Below are positions 12,601-25,799 of a stretch of 64,000 bases of DNA, piece by piece. Under the pieces are notes generated by a model that saw only the letters and a list, made by a program, of their open reading frames with translations, was not told the DNA's origin and made no database searches. Both the position numbers and the translations under genes were made by a program. This DNA is from Nageia nagi. Lineage: Eukaryota > Plantae > Pinophyta. Numbering within the stretch: the first letter of the stretch is position 1; every line of letters begins with the position of its first letter. The stretch covers positions 8,184,001-8,248,000 of the forward strand of contig JBITNC010000002.1 of NCBI GenBank assembly GCA_050084985.1, read 5' to 3'.

Positions 12601-15600
12601 GGCCTAATTTTAGATAAGAAAATAAGCTTCAATAATGTCACTCTACATATACGATTCTTGATGATGATAAAAGTATTAGGTACATAAGATGTATATTTGA
12701 ATTGCAAAATATTTGCACTTGTGAATCAAATCAAGCATGTTTCTAGTGTTAAATTTAACATGTATTATTTATTTAGCTAAAACTTAACATATAATATTAT
12801 TTATTGAACCACATGCTTATTATTTTTCATATTCTTATGTAGCAAATGAGAGACTCTTTTTTACCCAAATACATTCTTGATGGTTTCAACTTTGGAATAT
12901 GAGAATAAAAAATGAAAGCTAAATTACAGGTAAGAAAGCTTTGGTAAATAGTGAATAAGAATTTTATACCTCTTAGAGATGAGAAGACACTAGAGGTTTA
13001 TAAAATGAAGAATGAGTTGGCAACCTTCATGATTTTTTGTACAATTTTAGATGTGATTTTAATGATTTTATATTCAACCTTGGTAAAAAAAACTTAGGAT
13101 AAGCTTAAGCAAATTTACCTTGGTTCAAAATTTTTAAAAAGGTTTACCATTCTTCAAAAGTTACTTCAATTTCATCAAGAAAAAGATGAAAATGTGGCTA
13201 TCTACTTGAAAAAAATTATTAACCTTAGGACCTAACTTGTTGCTTATAGATGCAATTAGATCAATGATAAGTTTATGTCTTCATTATTCTCTAAAGCCTT
13301 TTTTCAAAGTTTGGTAAATTTATGATGATTATGGAAATAAGGCTTGATGATGAAGAAGAAGTTTTCTCCTTTGAGAACCTTTGGACTTTTTTTAAAGTAT
13401 GATAAAATCTTTAATAAAAAGATGTTGATTTTTCTTTTAAAGATAATAATATTGCTCTTGAAGAAACCAAAACTTCTTTGAAGAAGAATTTCAACCATCA
13501 AAAGTAATCTTATCCTTCTTCCTCCAAAAGGTTTGAGAAAAGAGAAAATGGTAACAACAATGGTAATAATAAACACTTCAAGCAAAGTGATGGAAAAGGT
13601 AAAGCAATCAATTCAAATTCTAAGAAAAAAATTGATGGTATTTGTAACTATTATGGTATCAAAGGTCACAAATAAGTTTATTGCTACAAAAAGAAAAGAG
13701 AGAAAAAGAATAAAAGTAATAAAAATATAAAAAACTTCAAAAAAAAAAGAATATTCAAGTTATTTTTGCTATGATGCTCTACTCCATGTCTCACACTTTT
13801 TATGTAATTGGATTATTGACTCTGGTTACACTAATCACCTATGTTTTGAAAGAAAAAAGTTAAAAACTTTCATAAGTATAGAAAAGATGTAGTTGTGATA
13901 GATGATAAATCTATCATTGAAGTCCAAAAAATTATAAGTGTGTTGATTCACGAGAAGGTTCTTGAAAATGTGTTCTATGTTCCTAAGCTCAGAATAAACC
14001 TTCTTTCCATGATCTAAGTTGCAAAAAAAGGGTACTTTTTAAATTTTGACGCTCAATCCTAGTGCATTAAGAAAAGACTTACCACATTGGTCAAAAGGTC
14101 AATGAAAGATGATCTCTATGTTATGGATCAATTTTTAACAAAGATGTATCTTGCTATGAATGTATGTTCTAGAGGTAATCTTTGGCACCAACATCTAGGG
14201 TACCTTAACCATAAGAGTATTTAAGTCATGAAAAACTAAGAATTTGTGAAAAGTTTAACTTTTATTTCACCTTCAATTGGTCTATGTGAGAAGTGCATCC
14301 TTAGCAAGATGCATCGGTAAAAATTTGCAAAAGTTAAGGTAACAAGAGCATCTCAACCTTTTCAACTTGTGCATTCAAATTTGATGGGTCTATTTTAAAC
14401 TAAGTCACTTAGAGGAGCATTTTACATCTTGACCTTCATTGATGATGTTAGTAGGATGAGCTTTGGGTATCTACTTAAGCATAAAGATCAAACCTTTGAG
14501 AGTTTTAAGATTTTTAAGGCCTTTGTTGAGAATCAAACTAACCTTAAAATTAAGATGATAAGATCAGATAATGAAGGAGAATACAATAGTAATGAGTTTA
14601 ATGACTATTATGCTACGTATAAAATTAAAAGGTAGTTTACAATTCCTTACACTCTTCAGTAGAATGGTGTTGTAAAAAAAAAAAAATTATGGAAATGGCT
14701 AGATGCATGTTGGGTAATCTTTCTAGTTTCTTATGGGGTGAAGCTATGAGCACTACTATTTACACCTTGAATAGGTGTTCTACAAAAGCTGTTTAGGGTA
14801 AAACTCCTTTTGAAGCATGGTCAGAAAGAAAATCTAACATTTCACATCTTAGGGTGTTTGGTTGTGAAGCATTCTCCTACATTATTTTTGAGAAAAGAAA
14901 AAATTAGATAAAAAAATTAAAAAATGCATCTTTATGGGTTATGATAGTCAGCACAGAGGCTACAGGCTCTACTCTCCATCCTATAAAGGAGTGTTCATTT
15001 TAAGAGATGTCAACTTCAATGAACTTTTATAAGAATTTATTTCTAATGAGGATGTAGATGATTCTTCAACATAAAGGGTAATAAGGGGCATGACCTTAAA
15101 AAAATCCTTATTTGCCAAAATTAAAAATAAACATGAGCTCTCATCTTTCAGATATGCTTCTAAGAATGAATGTTAGGTAGAAGCCATGAAAATTGAGTAT
15201 GAGGCACCTATGAAACATAAATCTTAGGACTTGGTTCTTTATCCCAATGAGAAAAATATAATTGGTAATAAATGGATCTACAAGGTCAAGTACAATTCAG
15301 TTAAGGATATTAAAAAATACAAAGTAAGATTAGTAGCCAAAGGTTTTACTCAAAAATACAATATAGATTATGAAGAAATGTTTACTTTTATGGTAAAGAT
15401 GCCCATTATCATAATTATCTTTGCTCTTTTTATAGCTCAAAGATGAAAATTTTTTCAACTTGACATTAAGAATGCATTTCTTAATGATGACTTAGATGTG
15501 AAAATCTTTATAAATCAACTAGAAGGGTTTATTATGGAAGGCAAAATGTCCTTTATATTCAAGCTAAAGAAGTTATTGTATGGACTTAAGCAAGCACCTA

Positions 15601-16810
15601 GAGTCTAGTACAAGAAGATTTCAAGGTACTTTGCAAGCATTGGATTCTTTAAGTGCTTCTTTGATTTTGATTTATATGTGCTCAATCAAGAAAAGGATGT
15701 GGTCTTGATTCTCTTTTATGTGAATGATCTTTTGATGATTAGGAATAATGATAAAATCATTTAATAGTGCATATCCAAGCTCAAGATAACATTTAAAATG
15801 ATTGATCTTGATCTTTTACATTACTATTTTGGAATGCAAGTGTATCAATATAAGGATTGTACTTATCTTAATCAATCCAAGTATATATCAAAAATCTTGT
15901 TAAAGTTTGGAATGGATGAGTGTAGATATGCTACGATTCCAATCTCTCTTGAAATCACTATTTTTTTGAGCTCCAACTCTCAGTTGGTTGATGCTACAGC
16001 TTATAGGTAATTAATTAGTAATCTTTTGTATTTGATTATTTTTAGGCCAAATATTACCTTTACAATGAATTTAATGGTAAGATTCATGTGAAAACCATAT
16101 GTTGAGCACCTTAATGTTGTTAAACAAATCTTGAGGTATGTTGCAGGGATAAAAGATCTTGCTCTCAAGTATTCTAAGTCACCCTCATTTGTTCTCTTAA
16201 GGTTCTCAAATTTTGACTATGGAAGAGATAAAGATGATAGAAAATCAACCTCTTCATATGTGTTTAGCATTAGTTTAGGTGTTATCTCTTGGGCCTCCAA
16301 GAAGCAGCCTACTATTTCTCTTTCCACCATAAAAGTTGAATATCATTCCATATCTATTGCAGCCCATGAAGCTATTTGGCTAAGGCATCTTCTAAAAAAA
16401 ATTAGGTATGAGCAAGTTGGCTCATCTTTAATTTCTTTAGATAATCAATTAGCTATTTCTTTGGTTAAGAATCTTATCTTCCATCAAAGAATAAAACATA
16501 TGGAAATCTAGGCCCATTTTATCAAGGAGAAGGTTTTTGATGATATCATACACTTAGAGTATTATCCATCTACCTTGAACTCTATTGATTTTTTCACCAA
16601 GCCCTTTCTTGAAGCTTAGTTCTGTAAGCTTAAGGATGCTATTAGGTTGGTGAAGTTACCCTTAAGGGGGAGTGAAGTTTGAATTCTTATATTGAATTCA
16701 TGTTTGTGATGATAACTTCACATTTAGGAGGATTTATGCTATATAGTGTTGATTTTATTATACACCTTCATGGTAAGTTCACTTTGCATGAAGAATTTGT
16801 TGTACAAATT
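9609..16810 (+). mobile_element. Decayed Ty1/copia element: 5' LTR 9609-10106, PBS (tRNA-iMet) 10110-10121, long leader, gag-pol remnant ~12846-16682
   Basis: TG...CA LTR of 498 bp and TGGTATCAAAGC PBS. Zinc knuckle CNYYGIKGH, protease WIIDSGYTNHLC, integrase LWHQHLG/TFIDDVSR/IRSDNEGEY, RT KVRLVAKGFTQ, RNase H SWASKKQ, in copia order. Many stops and frameshifts. Confidence 0.93.
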
Positions 16811-16899
16811 CTTAAAGTGAAAAGATTGGCCAATCTAGCACTATTTAGTTATCCATGTGTGAGGAACTCTTATGTGTCTTTTGGCACTGTTTAATTATC

Positions 16900-18101
16900 C
16901 ATATGTGAGAAAATCATATGTGCATGCTCTATTTTGGATTTACTTCATTCTCATACTCTCAAAACTAGTGTAATTTTGACATATATCTCCTTACTGATAC
17001 TCAACACTTTCTCGTTTGCACCCTTTCATCTGCTCCATTGGATTTAGAGTATTTTGGACCTTCATCGCATTGCTAACATCATCCATCAATGGCATGTTCC
17101 TTTATCTTGCTTCATTGATCCTCATTATTTGATGTCTTCAACCTCTATGTTTAGGGTACCAAATCTAATGTAAATTTGGTAGCTAACTTCTTGTTGACAT
17201 CATCCATTGGCATCTCTTTTCCTTTACTCACTTATCGATCCTTAGCTCATTCATAAGAGAGTCCTTTCATCTGTATTGATGAACAAAGTTCATTTTAACA
17301 AGTCTTCATTATGTTAACATCATGTGTTAGTTTTCTTAGTATTTTCAATGCTTATTGATCTTGAAGTTCATGGCTTCTTTGATTATTTGATTGAGGTGCT
17401 AGAATTAGTGTATTTTGAATGTCTGTCACATAGTTGATGTCATGATTTGGTATTCTCTTCTATTTCTTTATCTTGTTGGTACTTAACTCCCTCATAGCTA
17501 TGGTCTATTATCTTAGCGACCAAAATTAGTTTATCTTTGAGAGCTATCAAACTGATGATATCAACTACTAGAATTAGTCTATTTTCTTCATGTATCTAAG
17601 TATACATGCCATCTAACATACTAACGACCATTATTATCAATCGACCATTCTTCTACTATGCCTGATAACCTTGGTAAATACCTGACATCAATATATTCAT
17701 ACTCAGTATGTGTACAATCACTCGATAGACCTTAACAACCCTAGTAAATACCAAACATGCTTGTTACTATGTTGACAACAATGATAACCTCTCTGTATTA
17801 ACAACTTGGATTTATAAATATCCTCTCAGATTAAGGGGGGATTGTAAGAAACCTAATCCTTAGGGTTTATGGTATTTGTAATATAGTAATAGTATTTACT
17901 ATATTTAGTAAATTTGTAGCTTAGAGTACAATGATATTCTAAGTATCATAAGTTATAGAATATGAAGATTTCTAGAGGGATCTCAAGGGTCAACTAAGAA
18001 GGTGAATATGAAGAGTTATTTTGCAATGTATTTACTCTCATTTACAAGTTAATAAAATACTTTTGATCTTGGAGTTAATGAACAATCTATCATATGTTAC
18101 A
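16900..18101 (+). mobile_element. 3' end of an LTR element with PPT and a short LTR unlike the 9609 LTR
   Basis: TTAAGGGGGGAT at 17831-17842 followed by TGTAAG. The right boundary (~18101, GTTACA) is tentative and no TSD was found. Confidence 0.5.
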
Positions 18102-19355
18102 TGGTTACAAAAAAATTATAAAGTAATCTATGTGTGAACATATATCACTTATTATTGTAAGAAAAGTAACATGTATCTCATATTATTATAGGGAAATATA
18201 TTTGTAACTAAATAATGGATGTAAGAGAATATCATGCAAAGGAATATATGGTATATATAAGAAAATAAATGTAAGAGAATGTGCTACTTGCATATTCCTC
18301 TTATAGAAGGAAAAGAACAAAATCATGAAGTAACATATATTTTGTATTAGATTTACTCATGTTAAGAGATTCTCCACAAAGAGATGTGTGAAGTACAAAA
18401 AAGGTGTTATTTGCTATTATTATCATTTTATTTTTAATATTATATCCAACTTCACTTTTCTACAATATCCTCATTATGGTAATGTGATTTAAAATGCACA
18501 TCAATTGAAATTCATTGCAATTCATAATTTAACAAATCCTTAAATATAAACATGTTGAACCTTAATTCCAAATATTATATTAAGTATTTTAGAAACCCTA
18601 TCCCATAAAGTAGGTGTTTAATTTTGAAACTCTTGCTTAAGAGTTCCCGTCAAATCTCACACTTCCAATTGTAACTGCTTGCAGATATAAAATTAACAAA
18701 TTTTAAGAGTAAAAACATTCACAAATTTAACATAAGAGATTAGCTTGGAGAAACCCAATGTGGGTAGAAAACTCTAGACAAAATCAACTGTGTGATGAGT
18801 AATAAGTACACCATTTGCTGCCAACAGGAACTCCAAACTTCGATACATCATACACGCTGAGTGGTGGTCAAAATTCGTGGGTTCTCCTTCACACGGCGCA
18901 GCCCTCAACTTGGCGGGTCCCTTTGCTTGTGACTCGGTGATCAAACTCCATTACATTGACTTGGCTAAGTGGCCACGTATTTGTACAAGACCATTAGCTG
19001 TTGGGCTCCACCAGTATGGTGATATTTAAAATATATTTAATTGCCCAAAGCAAGATTTCAAAACTTTTGAAAATTTTAAATTGCATTAACTTACAAACCA
19101 GGAATTGGGATCTTGAAGTCAAGATCATCGATTGCAAAAAATCGAAGTTCAACTTGTCCTAAGAATTAATTGCAATCTAATAGAATGAAGATATATACTC
19201 TGTAATCATAGTGTGGTTCATCCACCAATATCCTAATTGGTTTTAGCCTGTTTTCAAAAAACCTATATAAACGCTATGACTACTGACTTGTTGAGGCACC
19301 ATAGTAATAAGCTTTGGGCTTTCTTTTGGTAGCGGAATTATATTTTTATGCAGAA

Positions 19356-21725
19356 ATGATGGCGGCCACTTATTTGGGTTTGGTTGGTTTGGCCCTGCTT
19401 TCCCTTATAAACCTCTGCCATGGCGCAGATAGCATGGCCGTGGGTGAAACTCTCACCGGCGTTCAAACTCTAACTTCCGTTAACGGCACCTTCACATTGG
19501 GTTTCTTCAACCTCAACAACACGGGAAACTGGTACCTCGGCATCTGGTACGCTCAAATCCCGGTCATGACCATCGTCTGGGTCGCCAACAGAGAAAAGCC
19601 GCTCAAAAACAATTCGGCCAGCTTGAATCTGACAGAGGACGGAAGCGTCGTCCTGTTGTACAGAAATTCTGTCATCTGGTCCAGCAACGGCACCAGCAAG
19701 GCAAAGGCGTCGTCGGCCATCTTAACGGATGCCGGAAATTTGATTGTGTACGGCGCGAACGAGTACGAGATAACGTGGCAGAGCTTCGACAACCCGGGCA
19801 ACACATTCCTGCCCGGGATGAAGTTAAGCATGGGTCGCAAGCTGAAAGCCTGGAAGAGCCCATGGGATCCGAGTCCTGGGCAATATAGCCTCCAGTTGGA
19901 TCCGGACGGATCGAACCAAATAGTGCTAATGTGGCGGAGCTCGGAAAAGTACTGGGAATCCGGCGTGTGGAACGGTCAGTTCTTCAGCAGTATCCCCGAA
20001 ATGAGAGGCGTGTGGAACAACTACACCTTCTTTGATAATGGCACTTACAAGTACTTCTCCTATTCTGTGAAAAAGACGGTAAATGTTCTGCCACGATACG
20101 TCCTGTCTGAGAACGGGAACATTCAACTGTCGAGCAACGAGTGGAACTCATACTGGGTGTGGGTGAAGCCGCTGTACCAGTGCCAAGTGTATGCTCTCTG
20201 TGGAGGCAACGCTTTGTGCGAACAGGACAACGTGCGATTCTGCAGCTGCTTGAAGGGGTTTACCCCTGCGGATACACTGATGTGGCAAGCTGGGATCTGG
20301 TACGGCGGATGCGTCCGGGTTAGCGCCCTCGACTGTAAGGCTGGTGGTAACACGACCACAGACGACTTCATCGAGCTTTCCGGCAAAGAAGTTCCTCCTG
20401 GAGCGGTCGAGACCATCGCGGAAAGCTGCCGCCAGGAGTGTCTCCGTAACTGTTCTTGTACAGCCTATGCCGACGTCGGCGGCCGGACGTGCCGTCGGTG
20501 GTTTAGCGACTTGGTTAATCTGAAGGACGCGTCCGCTGGCACCGAAGACAAGCTGTTCGTCAGGGTGGCCGCTGCAGATGTACGGAGGACCAGGTCAAAG
20601 AAAACAGCCGTAGCCGGGGCAGCGGGCGGCGCCGCTGCCGCGCTGGCCTTAACAATGGCCATGAGTGCGCTTCTTTGCTGCTTTTGCCGTCGCCAGAAAA
20701 AATCCACGGCAGTCGTCTCAGTCCGTGCCGGCTTTGCTCACCGTCTTCAGCTACCGGGAGCTTCAAGTCACGACCAAGAACTTCTCCGAGAGGCTAGGTG
20801 GCGGGGGTTTTGGGTCGGTTTATAAGGGAACCCTGCCCGACAAATCCCTCGTAGCAGTGAAGAAACTGGAGGGGTCGAGCCAAGGAGAAAAGCAATTCCG
20901 GGCAGAGGTCAGCACAATCGGAATCATACAACACGTAAATCTCATCCGATTGCGGGGATTTTGCTCGGAGGGCTCTCACCGACTTCTGGTCTACGACTAT
21001 ATGCCCAACTGTTCCCTCAACAGCTTTCTCTTCCCCAAACCCGGTAAAGAATCAAGCATCTTGGACTGGAAAACTCGTTTCAATGTTGCGCTGGGAACTG
21101 CCCGAGGAATACTTTACCTGCACGAGAATTGCAGGGATTGTATTATCCACTGCGACATTAAGCCGGAAAACATTCTCCTCGACTCCGATTTCTGCCCCAA
21201 GGTGGCTGACTTCGGCCTCGCAAAATTGGTCGGACGAGAGTTTAGCCGTGTGCTGACGACGATGAGAGGAACGAGAGGGTACTTGGCCCCCGAGTGGATC
21301 TTTGGGCTGCCTATCACTCCCAAGGCCGATGTCTACAGCTTCGGTATGACACTTCTGGAGATAATTGCGGGTCGAAGAAACATGGACACCCACCCGGAAT
21401 CCAGTGAGTTGTTCTTTCCGACATGGGCCGCAATTCAGATCAACGCTGGAAACACCTTGGCTTTGATTGACAAGAGACTCCACAACAACGCAGATGCAGA
21501 ACAGGTTAAAAGAGCAGCGATGGTGGGTGGATGGTGCATCCAGGACGACGAAGATGCAAGGCCGTCAATGAAACAAGTAGTAGATATATTGGAAGGCAAG
21601 GGGATGTTGCGGTGCCACCGGTACCCAGGTCTCTTCAGGCCATAGTTGCAGCCCCCAACACCGTTATTGCGTACTGGGATAAGGAGATCGAAGTCCCATC
21701 TCTCACCTTGGCCGCCTCTGAATGA
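19356..21725 (+). CDS. G-type lectin S-receptor-like Ser/Thr kinase (SD2 clade, At2g19130-like), intronless; two 1-nt frameshifts (~20700, ~21600) in this assembly
   Basis: Signal peptide, B-lectin (WYLGIWY, VWVANR, WQSFDNP), SLG/EGF (CQVYALCG), PAN (CLRNCSCTAYA), TM, and kinase GGGGFGSVYKG, VAVKKL, HCDIKPEN, DFG, GYLAPEW. Spread over ORFs 19314-20825, 20665-21645 and 21531-21725. Confidence 0.93.
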
Positions 21726-21933
21726 TTGCCCTACATTTACTTTGGCCGGGTAGGGTCCAAACTTCACTACCAGGGTGGAGTGGAGTCCATAGTTGACCAT
21801 GAAAGTCTATTGCATACCGAGTGTGGGTTAGATGATATTTGCTTTACAATAGTTTCAAATTTTTTTACATGTTTTAAGAGTAAATGCAAGTTTTTATAAG
21901 TTCTTTACATTGCATGATAGTTTGCAAGGAGCA

Positions 21934-22226
21934 TGTAAAGTACATGCAACGATAAATGTTGATGAGTGTGTGTTTAAAATCAATGTATATTATATATTTG
22001 GTGTATACTATATATTTTGGTATATTGTGTGTAAACTTTTTAAACATACACTCATACACACACATAAATATATATCGTATAGTATACTAAAATGTTAGTT
22101 GTAAAGTATATAGAATGATAAAATTTTTACAATGTATATTGTATATATAGTATATTGTATCTGTGTGTGTGAGTGTGTATTTAAAATCAATGTATACTGT
22201 ATATTTATTGTTGCATGTACTTTACA
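21934..22226. repeat. Inverted repeat / foldback just downstream of kinase copy A
   Basis: TGTAAAGTACATGCAACGATAAAT (21934-21957) matches the reverse complement of 22203-22226 at 23/24. There are internal direct and inverted copies of GAGTGTGT.TTTAAA. Confidence 0.85.
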
Positions 22227-24394
22227 CAAGTATTTTGCAGCTAGTATAAAGGAACAAATCAATGTGTTGTAAGAAAAGTGTGGTACTCGGGATACAAAGT
22301 TGGTTGACCTACATGAGACACTAGCGGCCCAAGATGAGACAATTAGTACCAAGGATTAAAAAAATAGCTAGCCTACAACAACAACTTGATGTTCAAAAGT
22401 AAGTGGTTCAAGAGATGATAGCCACCATAGATGCTCATAAGAGAAGTGGTATGTTATACGTGCTTTAGAAGATTCAAGATTATGAAAAATAGAAGCAAGA
22501 TCTTGTTATACATAATGTGTACCTAGATAACCAAATGAGTGTATTAGAATGTAATACAGGTGCAAGATGCACAAGTCTCTCGGTTTATGTCTAGGCTTAG
22601 GAATAGTGAGAGCAAAAAGAGAGATCACAGTGAATAGTGTGTGCATGGGGAGGGTAAAAGATCCTAGACACACAAATTGTACTCCTTGGACCACTTTTGA
22701 CATATGAATATAAACATGCTCTTTATGGTTTAAAAATTTTGTTGTATGGTAACATGATAACTTGTAAATCTCTCGATCATAACTATCCAATGTTATATTG
22801 TTTGCATCAATTTAGAACATGATAAAAGTCATATGCTTTGTATGTTGACATATTTACTACTATTTGATCCTCATTCAATGAAGAATGTCATCAAGGTAAG
22901 GTTTATCATCTTGTTGGTCATGAGTTCTTGATTCATCCTTGATTACTTCATTGAAGTTTTGGAATATTCATTATCAATCATGTACATCAATCATTTTATA
23001 ATTTCTAATGTTGTTATTAATTTTATTTAACAAACATTTGAAAAGGTTTAGGGGTTTAACAACCTTGTTACCAGGTGCTAGTGCTGGGAATCCTTCATAA
23101 TGCATAAAAAATATTATAGTACACCAAATATACACCAAAATACCCCTAAAACAAAGAGCTCACATGAAACAAAGATAAGGAAATCTTCAAATGTAAAGGC
23201 CCTAACACCTAACCCAACACAAATCTTTAAACAAAAATAAAATCATGAAATTCAAAACAAACTTCATTTCCACTATGAAATAAGGTACAATAAGAAAACT
23301 TAGGGAATCTAAAATTTACGATATGATAAGAATGATTGTTACATCATAAAACATGAGTCCTATGACCATCTTGTTTAGTGATTCAAACCTCCATAGCCTC
23401 GAATAGGTAGCAAATCACTCACAAAATCTTAAAACCTTTTGTATACCTCCTATAAATCACCTACAACCAAAATAATTATAGAGCTCTCTCAAATAAGATA
23501 GCAAAAGATGAAAATAACAAATGACAAAGATATTCCCCTATTTAAAACTCAAAATAGAATAGAAACTTCAAGATACATTAAATTTTTACGATAACCAACA
23601 TCAATATACCTCGAGATTAGTTTCCCGATATCTCCATGTCAAGATAAGGTGATTAACACAAAATTTTATTAAAAAAAACTTCAATCTCATCTTCTCCAAC
23701 ATTAGGGGAAACAAATTTTTAGCACTAGTGGGTAAGTATTCCTTATATCTAATTTTTCAAAATTCTAAGTATTTTCAAAGAAAGAAGATTTAAATTTGTT
23801 TCTTCATATTCAGATGATTTGATTAGATCTCAAAAGTTCCTAAAAATGAAATATGTTCCTTAGAGCTATCATTGGTGGAAAGAATAGGTAAATGTGATTT
23901 TTTTAAAGAAAAGATGTGGAGGTATGCCTCGAGGTAACTACAAAGGGAATGTTATTAAATCTACATAGTTTAACTTCATAATTACATTGCTATAAATTTG
24001 AATTTGAAAGTAATATTCAATTATTATGTTTACAAATGCTATATTGAGTAAAGTGTTATTTTTGTAATATCTATTTCATTTACGATCCTTTATCTTCACC
24101 ATATCTAATGGAAATGAAATATTGCTACAAGTTTCTTTCATTTACGATACTTAAGAAAAGTTTAACGGAAATGAAAGCTCATCTTTTCTTATGTTTAAGC
24201 ATTCTATGCTCACATCCTTTCTTAGTTGAAAAATAATTAACATTCACTAATGTGCACACAACTTCCTAATAGTACCTAGGATAAAAGGTACTTGCAATGG
24301 TATAATCCATTATGATGAATCCAATCGATATTTAGAGAAAAGGATACTAGCAATGACATAGTTCATTATGATGGAGCTGTATATGCTTTATGAA

Positions 24395-24710
24395 CACCTT
24401 TTTTGGTTGGGTTATAAACCATCACCTTTATGATCACCTTTTTTGGTTAGGTTATTAACCATCATCTTTATGATAATATTTATTGGTTGGGTTATTAACC
24501 ATCACCTTTGTTGGTTGGGTTATTAACCATCACCTTTATGATCACCTTTATTGGTTGGGTTATTAACTATTTTCATTATGATCACATTTTTTGGTTGGGT
24601 TGAAACTAACCATCACTATGTTTGATTTATGATTGCCTTTGTTGGTTGGGTTATTAACCATCATTTTTATGATCACCTTTTTTGTTGGGTTGAAACCAAG
24701 AATCACTATG
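24395..24710. repeat. Minisatellite, ~39-bp unit TTGGTTGGGTTATTAACCATCACCTTTATGATCACCTTT
   Basis: About 8 imperfect tandem copies are directly visible. Confidence 0.9.
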
Positions 24711-25799
24711 TAGCACATGATGCTATTATAATATTTGGAGTGTATTTGTATTTTTTGATAGGTTCTTTGTAATTGATTCTTCTTGGCCACTCCAATAACA
24801 CTGAATACAAAGAGGGGACAAAATACATTACTAATAAATTTTTGACTCTATGAAGATCCAAAAAAAACTAGAAAGTTTCTTTTTCTCTTCTTTACTTAAA
24901 GAAACTAATAATCATCCCATTAAAAATTTCAAGGGGAAGCATGTGTTGATACATAATTTGGCATCCTTTTAGGCCAAACTACATGTCACATAATGCTCAC
25001 TATATTAGGGTGGATATGGAATTATGTTATATTTCCTTTATTGCTTATGATCTACCTAAGTTACTTCTCAAGTTTAATTCTCTTTTTTTGTAGATCAAAC
25101 CACCAATATCAATGCTAGCATGCAAAGGTGCATTTAGGCATATTCTTAGACCTATAAATTGAGATTTATATATATGGGAAGAGTATCAATATTTTATATA
25201 AATAGGATTTTACAAATATGTTAGAAACTTGTCAGTGTTCTTCAACATCACCTATTGAGATTGGAATCTATTACACTAAAGATCCATCCCCTACTTCACC
25301 ATTAGCTTGGAGGAGAGAGATCGATATTAGTGCAAAAGCAAGTGACCTATACCTTCAAGGTTCTTTAGTTCCAATGTTGTGACTAACATCAATGCTTAGT
25401 TACATATAAGATATTATTCTTAGACCTAAGATCTAAGTCCTAATGTTCATCTGCATCTATTCAAGTTCATCTTTATTTTCAAGGTAAGTAACAAGCATGT
25501 GTATATCTTCCATTATATTATAGGTTAGGGCATGTTTTTATTTCAATTATATCACTGCTATTATCTTGATCCTTTCCATTAGTTATTGAGTGATCGTAGG
25601 AATTTATGCACCTTTGTGCTTTAATTAAGTATATATAATTACTTCATCCATTACTATAGTTTAGTTCACATTTTATCATCTCTAATTAGAACACCAATTT
25701 TCATTCATATGCTCATTATTCATGAAGCTTTATTAATAGAATACATATAAAAATTTTCTATCTTGGGATACAACCAATTAACCCTAACTTCCCCCTTGT

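Noticed and set aside
18560-19095. LTR-like sequence upstream of kinase A (also 22270-23700)
   Set aside because: Some LTR-like motifs, but I could not define TG...CA ends or a TSD.
19553-21800. Numerous antisense and alternate-frame ORFs over the kinase genes (also 47908-48886 and 56200-57159)
   Set aside because: An expected by-product of GC-rich coding sequence. They are not conserved as open frames between paralogs.
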